Source of the DNA: a virus
Lineage: Duplodnaviria; Caudoviricetes
Length of the DNA stretch: 54,384 nt
Reading direction: 5' to 3' (one strand)
IMG/VR virus record: IMGVR_UViG_3300044809_000029
Location: 1 to 54,384 of that record
Below the pieces are notes generated by a model. The model had not been told where the DNA came from, did not search any database, and was given only the letters and a program-made list of their open reading frames with translations. The number at the start of each line of letters is the position of its first letter. Position 1 is the first letter of the stretch. Below are positions 1 through 7,101 of the stretch, piece by piece. A program made the translations under genes and the position numbers.

Positions 1-127
1 CGCGCCGGTCGCGGGCCTATCCTGGGTGGCGATGCTCACGGGCTTCTCCTGTGGGCTCACGCGGCCCTCGGCGCTACAGACGCCGGGGGCTGCTCAGTCT
101 TCGGGTGGTCCCCGTTGGCCGGGCGTG
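1..127. repeat. Terminal direct repeat, identical to 54258-54384 (circular contig overlap)
   Basis: Exact 127-bp identity between the ends; 127 is a common assembler k-mer; ORF 54048..54317 reads across the junction. Confidence 0.9.
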
Positions 128-419
128 CCGACTGGTGCTCGGACACGCCCGGCCTGGCGGGGGATGGAGGAGCGCTGCATATGGAGCCGTTCTGAGCGGC
201 TCGTTTTGGGTCACTGAGGGAAGATCGGGTGGGCGCGAGGCGCCACGGGAGGCCGTCGAAGCTCTCCTGCACGACTCGCATCGGAGCGTGCCGGTGGTCG
301 GTCGCGTCCCCGTTGAGGTCCGCTCGGGTGATGGCGTCCGGGTCGGGCTCCCCGAACTCGGCGGCGTAGTAGGCGGCGCCCTTCTCGTCCGTGGACTCCG
401 TGTCGCGGATACTCCTCAC
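57..419 (-). CDS. Hypothetical early protein
   Basis: ORF coupled by GTGA overlaps on both sides. Confidence 0.55.
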   Translation of the reverse strand: MRSIRDTESTDEKGAAYYAAEFGEPDPDAITRADLNGDATDHRHAPMRVVQESFDGLPWRLAPTRSSLSDPKRAAQNGSICSAPPSPARPGVSEHQSARPANGDHPKTEQPPASVAPRAA

Positions 420-595
420 GCGACCAGCCCCAGCTCGTCGTCGAAGTACGTGCCGCCGCCGCCCGGGTACGTGACCTCAGTCCCGCCCCCGTTCTCATCC
501 GACGCGTGGACCGATGCGAGAGTGCCCCGTGGCGGGTCGTCCTCGAAGGTGCGCTCCGCGAGGATCCGCACGCGCTGACCGGGAAGGAACGTCAC
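416..595 (-). CDS. Small hypothetical protein (59 aa, MTFLPGQRVRILAE...)
   Basis: Translated by hand; fills the gap with 4-bp overlaps. Confidence 0.6.
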   Translation of the reverse strand: MTFLPGQRVRILAERTFEDDPPRGTLASVHASDENGGGTEVTYPGGGGTYFDDELGLVA

Positions 596-897
596 GACTT
601 CTCCGACTCGTCGTCCGGCACAGTCGGGACGGGCACGTCGACCTGGATGGCCTCTGGCACGGTCATGTACGTGCCGTCGCCCTGGACCTGCACCTTCACC
701 ACCGGCATCGCGGGATCGACGAACAGCGCATCCGGGATCTCCACGTCGATGGCGAAGTGCAGCGTGCGGAGGACCTCGTCGCCGATGCGGAGCGGGTTGT
801 CGTCGCGCAGGTGGCTCGCGGCGATCTTGTCTCGACCCGCCCTTCCGCCATGCCAGCGCTTGGCGCGCCCGGCGCGAATGTAGACGCGCGCCTTCAT
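592..897 (-). CDS. Hypothetical protein
   Basis: ORF in coupled operon with protein-like composition. Confidence 0.7.
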   Translation of the reverse strand: MKARVYIRAGRAKRWHGGRAGRDKIAASHLRDDNPLRIGDEVLRTLHFAIDVEIPDALFVDPAMPVVKVQVQGDGTYMTVPEAIQVDVPVPTVPDDESEKS

Positions 898-1136
898 GCC
901 GCGTGGCCCCCGTCGATGCTGTGCAACTCGGGGCGACGGTCAGGGAACAGCCACGTCACGTTCGCGTCGTCCACGTCCGCGCCCATGCCATCGAGAGCCC
1001 GGAGAGCGCGGCGGTCCTGGAGGGCGCGTTCAGCGAGGTCGTCACCCGCTCGGCAGGCTTGGCAGAGCCCGAAGGTGAAGAGGCCGACGACGAGGACCGG
1101 GAGGGCGACGATGAGGACGATCCCGAGGAGGGTCAT
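894..1136 (-). CDS. Small membrane protein
   Basis: N-terminal hydrophobic helix MTLLGIVLIVALPVLVVGLF; ATGA overlap. Confidence 0.65.
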   Translation of the reverse strand: MTLLGIVLIVALPVLVVGLFTFGLCQACRAGDDLAERALQDRRALRALDGMGADVDDANVTWLFPDRRPELHSIDGGHAA

Positions 1137-1228
1137 CCGACGATCCACCAGGCTTCGAGGAGGACGCCTGCGAACCCGGCCGCGCCGATGAGGATGAGGT
1201 CAAGGCGGCGGCGTGCGTGCGGGCTCAC
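1133..1228 (-). CDS. 31-aa single-TM peptide (MSPHARRRLDLILIGAAGFAGVLLEAWWIVG)
   Basis: Translated by hand; coupled overlaps on both sides. Confidence 0.5.
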   Translation of the reverse strand: MSPHARRRLDLILIGAAGFAGVLLEAWWIVG

Positions 1229-1419
1229 GCGGCCCTCCGTTCCAGGAAGTCACGCTTCAGCCGGGCCTGAGTCTCTGCGCTCTCACGCACCCGGTCCGCA
1301 ACGAACCGCTGGTACGCCTCACGCTGCTCCGGCTGGGCACCGAGGGGCAGGCTTGCCTGGAACGCCCCCTTCCTGGGGGAGCCTTTGCCGATGTTCGACG
1401 GCAGCACCGAGAAGGTCAC
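1225..1419 (-). CDS. Hypothetical protein
   Basis: GTG start overlaps the upstream stop. Confidence 0.55.
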   Translation of the reverse strand: MTFSVLPSNIGKGSPRKGAFQASLPLGAQPEQREAYQRFVADRVRESAETQARLKRDFLERRAA

Positions 1420-1613
1420 GCGGCCTCGCGCTCCTCGTAGAAGCGCATGGCCTCGACCCCGAAGTAGTCGGCGAGCTTCTTCGCGGTCGGCGCCTGCGGC
1501 ACGTCGCCGTCCTCGAGACGACGGATCGTCTGGCGCGCGACCCCGGTCGCCTCTGACAGCGCGCTGACGGTCAGCCCGCGGTTGATCCGCTCGGTGCGGA
1601 GGTCGAAGATCAC
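1416..1613 (-). CDS. XRE-family HTH protein
   Basis: LRTERINRGLTVSALSEATGVARQTIRRLEDG...KKLADYFGV. Confidence 0.85.
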   Translation of the reverse strand: MIFDLRTERINRGLTVSALSEATGVARQTIRRLEDGDVPQAPTAKKLADYFGVEAMRFYEEREAA

Positions 1614-1852
1614 GCCGCGATCCTTTGGCGATCGCGGTCGAACGGCCAGAGGTCCAGCGGCTTGACATCGAACGCAGACGCGATCTGGAATTGCACGCGC
1701 GGGCCGGGGATCCACCCGGCCTCAACCATGCGGATCGTCTTGCCGGACACCTGGGCGCGGAAGGCGAGGTCGTTCGGCGTCCAGCCGTGGTTGATCCGCA
1801 TCTCCATGAGCCGTAGGTGTGGGTTGCGGCGAGGAGCCTTAGGACTCGTCAT
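1610..1852 (-). CDS. Cro-like XRE HTH protein
   Basis: RINHGWTPNDLAFRAQVSGKTIRMVEAG; first gene of the divergent early operon. Confidence 0.85.
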   Translation of the reverse strand: MTSPKAPRRNPHLRLMEMRINHGWTPNDLAFRAQVSGKTIRMVEAGWIPGPRVQFQIASAFDVKPLDLWPFDRDRQRIAA

Positions 1853-1859
1853 GCGCCGA

Positions 1860-1916
1860 AAGGTAGCACAGAGTGCCGTTAGGGTGCAAGGGGAACCGCA
1901 CAGACTCGCTGTGCGG
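1860..1916. promoter_or_regulatory. Genetic switch: leftward promoter and palindromic operator
   Basis: Minus strand TTGCAC-N18-TACCTT, 7 nt before the Cro ATG; inverted repeat CCGCACAG-N5-CTGTGCGG at 1896-1916 and a GCACAG half-site at 1866. Confidence 0.6.
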
Positions 1917-1931
1917 GTGTATGTCCCAGCC

Positions 1932-2243
1932 GTGGACGACGCTCAACGGCTCCGAGCAGCCCGCGCCTGGGCCGACATCAGCCAGCCAGAACTAGGCCGG
2001 CGGATCGGGAGGCCGAACAAGAGCTACATCGCGCGACGCGAGGACGGGTCCTACGGGCTATCGGCGAGCGACAAAATCGCCATCGCTCACGCCTGCGGGT
2101 TGCCCGTCCAGTGGTTCTACGTCGACATCGTGGAGCTGCTCGCCGCTATCCCTCTCGAGGCACAAGCCGGAGGAGAGGTGCCTCGCCGCCTTCCGCCCGC
2201 CCCGCCCGCCGAAGGTCATGAGCAAGCTCCCGAAGGCGGTTGA
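1932..2243 (+). CDS. CI-like immunity repressor (XRE HTH)
   Basis: QRLRAARAWADISQPELGRRIG...YIARREDG; divergent from Cro-like genes; start uncertain. Confidence 0.75.
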   Translation: MDDAQRLRAARAWADISQPELGRRIGRPNKSYIARREDGSYGLSASDKIAIAHACGLPVQWFYVDIVELLAAIPLEAQAGGEVPRRLPPAPPAEGHEQAPEGG

Positions 2244-2361
2244 CGTCATCACCGGGGTCGAGCTCATCCGCCATAGCGTCAGCGGTCTGCGCGAGCACGC
2301 GACACGCGGCCTCGACCTGCTCGCGGCGAGTGTGATGGCGGGTAGCGATGCTCTGATCCAT
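2146..2361 (-). CDS. Small protein antisense to the repressor 3' end
   Basis: RBS-like AAGGGAG 8 nt upstream of ATG; helical composition. Confidence 0.5.
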   Translation of the reverse strand: MDQSIATRHHTRREQVEAACRVLAQTADAMADELDPGDDVNRLRELAHDLRRAGRAEGGEAPLLRLVPREG

Positions 2362-2598
2362 CGGCGATTCTCCCTTGGCGCTCCCCCGCGTGCCGGTCAG
2401 ATTCTTGCCCCATCAGGTCCAACGTGCGTGGTACCGGAAACCGGGCGCTTAGACACGCCAACCGCAGCCGAAAGTTCGCTACGAGCGGGAAACCCGCGTG
2501 AGACAGGGATTAGGTTGCTCATGCAACTACTGAGCCCCCGACGCGGGGGCGCCGGGGGCTCAAGACGTAGATGTCGGCGCAAGCACCCGCGTTACGGA

Positions 2599-2901
2599 GT
2601 GCTCACGGCCGCGACTGGCCGCTTGGTCTGCCTCCTCGCCGCCGCCGTAGCGCTAGGAAGCTGCGGGGGGCCCGCTCAGCCGACCGAGAGCGACGTCGCC
2701 GCGACCATCAAGCATCTCTCACAAGTGCGCTTCGACTCGCACCCCGGCGAGTTCGCACCGCGCGGAACCACCGTCCGATCGGTGCACTGCGCGAAGACGG
2801 CCGACAAGACGTATGCGTGCGTGGCGGAGCTCTCGACTGGGCTGAGCTACCCAGTGACAGCGCACATCACCGAGGACGGCAAGTCGATCGTCACCGGCTA
2901 A
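2599..2901 (+). CDS. Lipoprotein, possible superinfection exclusion
   Basis: Signal peptide with lipobox ALGS-C; paired Cys; follows the repressor. Confidence 0.7.
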   Translation: MLTAATGRLVCLLAAAVALGSCGGPAQPTESDVAATIKHLSQVRFDSHPGEFAPRGTTVRSVHCAKTADKTYACVAELSTGLSYPVTAHITEDGKSIVTG

Positions 2902-2916
2902 GCCCCTTAACGACGA

Positions 2917-2943
2917 AGGCCGCCCGGGATCAGCGGGCGGCCT
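2917..2943. terminator. Hairpin between convergent genes
   Basis: AGGCCGCCCG-N7-CGGGCGGCCT perfect 10-bp stem. Confidence 0.65.
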
Positions 2944-3044
2944 CCAGTGTCAGCATTCGATTGTCGCGCACGCAGCGGCGGACTACGGGTTGCCCGGACC
3001 GATCACGACCTCGAGCGCAGGCGCCCGAGTCCCGTCGAAGACGA

Positions 3045-3335
3045 TCACGCGAGCCGGAGGACGAGGATCACCAGCAGCACGAGCAGGACCGCCGCGATCA
3101 GCATCTCGACGAGCCCGTAGCCCGCCTGCCCCACGCGCGAGCGAGCGCGCAGTCGGGCCGTCGGAGTGACCTTCGAGCGCGCGTACTCCTGCGCCGCGAC
3201 CACGAGCACGCCGAGAGCAGCGGTGATGATCCCTCGCGTGCTTGCTCCGGCGAGGAACGCCTGAGCAGCAGCAGCGAACGCGGCGAGCGCGATGGGCACG
3301 AGGACCGCGCGGATGGGCTCCGTCTTCACGAGCAT
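3045..3335 (-). CDS. Holin-like protein (3 TM) with C-terminal prepilin-like motif
   Basis: Directly after the endolysin; two TMs, then YARSKVTP, then QAG-YGLVEML plus a hydrophobic helix. Confidence 0.75.
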   Translation of the reverse strand: MLVKTEPIRAVLVPIALAAFAAAAQAFLAGASTRGIITAALGVLVVAAQEYARSKVTPTARLRARSRVGQAGYGLVEMLIAAVLLVLLVILVLRLA

Positions 3336-3345
3336 GGATCGCCTC

Positions 3346-4035
3346 CTAGAGCTTCTTGGCTCGGTTGATGAGGTCTGAGATGTCGATCGCGCCCGGGTCC
3401 CAATGACCCGTCGGCTGAGCCGGCGCGTGCTGATGGCCCAGCCACCCCGAATACGCCGTCCACTCCGCAGGCGACAGACGCTTGACGTGCTTCGCGTCCG
3501 TGAACCTGACCGAGCACTTGAGTGGGTAGCCATTCGCCGCCAGGTACGCCATGACCCGCGCGACGTTCTGCTTCTGCTCAAGGGGCCATGCGGGCTGAGC
3601 CGCGAACGCGCACACCTCAATCTGGACGAGGTGCTTGCGGTTCGTCTCCACCGCCCCTGCCGGATGCTCAAGCGCGGTCGCCGCGTCGGTGATCGGCCGG
3701 TACTGCTTGATCTGGTCCTTCTTCTGCCCCACGAGGAAGTGCGGCTCGTCGCCGTTGGCTTTGAGCGTCCGGTCAGCTCCGGCGAAGTCGATGCCTTCCG
3801 TGGTGTGCAGGCACCCGGCCTTCGCTCCCATTGTGGAGGGGCCGATGCTCGTCACGGGGTCCTTGGCGACGCCGGGCATCCACGGGCCCTTCGCGGGCTG
3901 CTTCTTGGAGAGTCGTGCGACGGTGCGAGCGCTCTGCGTGACCGCGGCCTTCGCCAGCGCGAGCGCCTTTACGGCGGCGGTGAGAGCGGCGCGGCGGGCA
4001 GCGAGACGCGCCCGAGCTCGAGACAGTGCAGACAA
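3346..4035 (-). CDS. Endolysin, N-acetylmuramoyl-L-alanine amidase type 2
   Basis: LHTTEG, PHF, QIEV, GHQH, HWDPG Zn-amidase motifs. Confidence 0.85.
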   Translation of the reverse strand: MSALSRARARLAARRAALTAAVKALALAKAAVTQSARTVARLSKKQPAKGPWMPGVAKDPVTSIGPSTMGAKAGCLHTTEGIDFAGADRTLKANGDEPHFLVGQKKDQIKQYRPITDAATALEHPAGAVETNRKHLVQIEVCAFAAQPAWPLEQKQNVARVMAYLAANGYPLKCSVRFTDAKHVKRLSPAEWTAYSGWLGHQHAPAQPTGHWDPGAIDISDLINRAKKL

Positions 4036-4065
4036 TGTGGCCCTCCTAGCGAGGGTGGAGTGGAA

Positions 4066-4491
4066 CTACTTGCAGTTCAGGACGCGGAGCGCGTCGATCG
4101 TGCGCTGCTGGTTCTCGATGCCGTCACGGATCGACTTCGCAGGCAAGCCGAACGCGCCGTGGGGATGGTTCGTGAGGAACCTGATCCCACTGTCGACGCG
4201 CTGCTGAAGGTCATGACGCAACGCGCACAACGCGACCGTTGCCTGCTGGTTCTGACGGGCGAGCGACGCGCTCGTGCGGGCGAGTGCCGCGATCTTCGCC
4301 GTCTGCTCCTTCGACGGCTTATCCGAGAGTTGCTGGCCGAACACCCAGAACGCGACGATGCACGCGAGACCGATAGCGACGTACCCCTGCCAGTTCGACC
4401 GGCCGCGCTCACCCCGGCGGCCGCGTTCGCCCCGCTCCCCCTCATCACCGTGCTGGCCGTGATCGCCCGTCGGGCCGCGTTCGCCGCTCAT
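4066..4491 (-). CDS. Lysis-cassette membrane protein with N-terminal Gly-X-Y repeat and coiled coil
   Basis: GERGPTGDHGQHGDEGERGERG, one TM, two Cys in the extracellular part. Confidence 0.7.
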   Translation of the reverse strand: MSGERGPTGDHGQHGDEGERGERGRRGERGRSNWQGYVAIGLACIVAFWVFGQQLSDKPSKEQTAKIAALARTSASLARQNQQATVALCALRHDLQQRVDSGIRFLTNHPHGAFGLPAKSIRDGIENQQRTIDALRVLNCK

Positions 4492-4582
4492 GTTACCTCC
4501 AAGACCAAATAGAGCGCGAGCAGCAGCGTGGCCCACGACGCGGCCCAAGCGTGCCGGATCAGCACCCACCGAAGGGTCCGCA

Positions 4583-5005
4583 TCACGGCGAGCCCGGCGG
4601 TCTGAATCGCGGGCGAGAACTCTTCGATGGAGCTTCCGCCTCGTCCTCCCCGTCCGCCGTGGCCTCCGGCACCTCCGCCCGGGCCTTGGCCTCCCTGACC
4701 ACCTGCTCCGCCCGTTCCACCCTGGCCTCCTGCTCCAGAATGGCCGCGTTCGCCTCGGCTTCCCTGTCCGCCTCTGAACGTGTCGGGGGCGGCGTCATCA
4801 GGTCCAGAAGCGTCCGCAGCAACCCCAAGGGGCCCGGGGTCGGGCCGGCGTCCGCCCGGAACGCCGGGATCAACCCGAACAGGAACAGCGCCACGAACAC
4901 CCCAAGCGGGGAGGGGCTCGGCAGTTGCCAGAACTCGTGGTAGAGGAGCGCCGACCCGACCCCCAGAAAGAACAGGTCGCGAAGGCCCTTGCTGGTGACG
5001 TTCAC
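4583..5005 (-). CDS. Two-TM membrane protein (lysis cassette)
   Basis: RDLFFLGVGSALLYHE...VFVALFLFGLIPAFRAD; high GC3. Confidence 0.65.
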   Translation of the reverse strand: MNVTSKGLRDLFFLGVGSALLYHEFWQLPSPSPLGVFVALFLFGLIPAFRADAGPTPGPLGLLRTLLDLMTPPPTRSEADREAEANAAILEQEARVERAEQVVREAKARAEVPEATADGEDEAEAPSKSSRPRFRPPGSP

Positions 5006-5070
5006 TCATGCCCTGCCCTTCTCGTCTTCGTGGTTCCCTGGACATGCCGTATCAGTCCCGTCTCTTCAAG

Positions 5071-5152
5071 GGTCTGTGTATGACCACCGGGGAAGCACGT
5101 TCTTTCCTGGTGTAGGTCCCCGGCGGCGAGGTCAGATTCGCCGTCGGGGGCC
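5071..5152 (+). ncRNA. Candidate structured RNA (three adjacent hairpins)
   Basis: Stems at 5071-5085, 5085-5112 and 5115-5152; G-U pairs work only on the + strand. Confidence 0.35.
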
Positions 5153-5224
5153 GCTCGGTTACTGCAACGTCATCGCGCCGACCATGTGCGTCGGCACGCC
5201 GAACGAGGGGCTACCTTCCCGATC

Positions 5225-5755
5225 ATGAGAAAGATCCGTTTCCCACTCATCCTCGCCACAGCGATCCTGCTGAGCGGCGCCATGACCGCGACAGCCGCGA
5301 CTCTCATCACGGGCCGACAGGTCAAGGACGGCTCCCTCACGGGGAAGGACTTGAAGAACGGGTCGGTCACGCGCTCGGACCTCGCTGCGTCAGCACGTGG
5401 CCTCCGTGGCACGCAGGGCCCCGCTGGTCCGCAAGGCGCTCAGGGCGCTACCGGCGCGCAAGGACCGCAGGGTCCGACAGGTGGTCTCCTGCGCGGCACG
5501 GGTGGTGGAGCCGTCACGATCCCGCCCGGGGACGTTGGCTTGTCCGTCGCTGACTGCCCGAACGGCACGAACGCCGTCGGGGGCGGCTACAGCCTCCTGC
5601 CGCTCGCAGGGAACGGGCCCGTCACCGGCCTGGTCACCGACTCGAACCCAGCGAAGCTCGGTACCGCGTGGACCGTCACGGCGCGCAACGATGGCGCCGA
5701 CCCGATGATCCTCAAGACGACCGCAGTGTGCGTGACCGCGTTCGCGCAGCAGTAG
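5225..5755 (+). CDS. Secreted collagen-like protein (moron)
   Basis: Signal peptide, ITGRQVKDGSLTGKDLKNGSV repeats, G-X-Y run, C-terminal CP.G..AVGGGY...W domain. Confidence 0.8.
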   Translation: MRKIRFPLILATAILLSGAMTATAATLITGRQVKDGSLTGKDLKNGSVTRSDLAASARGLRGTQGPAGPQGAQGATGAQGPQGPTGGLLRGTGGGAVTIPPGDVGLSVADCPNGTNAVGGGYSLLPLAGNGPVTGLVTDSNPAKLGTAWTVTARNDGADPMILKTTAVCVTAFAQQ

Positions 5756-6445
5756 CTACCCGAGCGCGCGGATGATGAGTGTCCGGGCGCTGAACGTCGC
5801 GGCGCCGGAGCCGTTGATCGAGTAGCGCAGCTTGTACGTGTGCGCTCCGGGCGTGGTGAGGAAGGTCACGAACGTGCCGAGCGGGACGCCCGCGAGGCCG
5901 ATGTTGTCCCCGGCGTTCGAGCCAGGGAGGGTCGCGAAGGTAGCGGTCGCGCCTGCGGTCGAGTCGAGGATCGTGGACTTCGAGGTCGCGTCCTCGTAGA
6001 GCGCGACCCTCCCATGCCCGGTGCCGGGGTTCGCGACCGTGGCTTGCGCGAACGCTTGGACGACGCCGATGCCGCCGCCAAGGTCAGGGACCGTGACGGT
6101 GACGCTCGGGCCGGTGGTCGTGAGGTCGGTCATCGAACTGGAGGACGTACCCTCAGCCGCTGCGACCTGCGCGGCAGCGCTCTCGTTGAGCGCGACCTGC
6201 ACCCAGCTCGTGCCCGTGTCGATGAACTCCTGCTTGGTGTCGGTCGCGCGGTAGCGGCGCCCGGCGATGCCCGGTGAGCCCGTCGTTGAGGGCGGGCGGG
6301 AGCCGAGCGGGCCCGCCGAGTAGGGCGCGAACTTCGCGGAGATGTCATCCCGGAGTGCCTTGAACCCGGCATCGATATCGGAGCCGACGTTGCTGCCGGT
6401 GAGCGCGCGGAGGCCGTTGGGGTCCGTGGTGTCGTAGGTCGGCAT
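5756..6445 (-). CDS. Minor tail / fibre protein
   Basis: Last tail gene; Thr/Gly/Ser-rich beta-sandwich-like C-terminus. Confidence 0.7.
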   Translation of the reverse strand: MPTYDTTDPNGLRALTGSNVGSDIDAGFKALRDDISAKFAPYSAGPLGSRPPSTTGSPGIAGRRYRATDTKQEFIDTGTSWVQVALNESAAAQVAAAEGTSSSSMTDLTTTGPSVTVTVPDLGGGIGVVQAFAQATVANPGTGHGRVALYEDATSKSTILDSTAGATATFATLPGSNAGDNIGLAGVPLGTFVTFLTTPGAHTYKLRYSINGSGAATFSARTLIIRALG

Positions 6446-6456
6446 CAGGCTCCTAG

Positions 6457-7101
6457 CTAGGTCACGTCGGCGAGGGTGAGGCTGTCGATCGTGGCGGTGA
6501 TGGCGTCGATGGTGCGAGTGAACTCATCGATGAACGGCTCGTCGGAGACTGCGAAGGTCAAGATGACGCCGGCGGGCTTCTGCGCTCGCGCGGCGCGCTC
6601 AGCCGCGGCAGCGTCCGGGGTCTCAGCGGTCCTGGTGAGGACGGTGAGTGCCCACGGGCCCGTCTTGACGATCCGGACGGTCTGCGTGCCCGTGAGGGTC
6701 GTCTGGACGCTCTCTCGGATGGCGCGCTGCGTGCCGCGGTACAGGCCGGCGGCGGCCTTGATCCGGGCGCGGGCCAGAGCGATCGTGTCCGAGGCTTGGA
6801 GGGTGACGCCGACGAACTGCGCGAGCCACGGCAGCACCCACACGGGGCACAGCAACGGGTCGAAGATGAGTTGCCACGCCTCGTACGTGTCCGAGTCGCG
6901 AATGATCGTGTCGAGGTCCTCACGGGGGCCGGCGAGGACAGCGGCGAGGTGCTTGAGGACGTACCCGTTCTCGGCGTCGGTGTCCCAGTAGGGCTCCCAC
7001 CGCTTGTAGAGCCGGTCCGCTGAGGTCTCGAGCGGGCCCGGGTCGACCGGGGCTGGGGTGACCGCCCCGCCGAACGCGGGGGGATCGAGGATGATCGGCA
7101 T
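6457..7101 (-). CDS. Baseplate protein, P2 gpI-like
   Basis: DPLLCPVWVLPWLAQFVGV...RGTQRAI...KPAG. Confidence 0.8.
   Translation of the reverse strand: MPIILDPPAFGGAVTPAPVDPGPLETSADRLYKRWEPYWDTDAENGYVLKHLAAVLAGPREDLDTIIRDSDTYEAWQLIFDPLLCPVWVLPWLAQFVGVTLQASDTIALARARIKAAAGLYRGTQRAIRESVQTTLTGTQTVRIVKTGPWALTVLTRTAETPDAAAAERAARAQKPAGVILTFAVSDEPFIDEFTRTIDAITATIDSLTLADVT

Noticed and set aside
2362-2598. Hammerhead ribozyme or tRNA in the hairpin-rich spacer
   Set aside because: No CUGANGA core or cloverleaf with T-loop found; no tRNA recognised anywhere by eye
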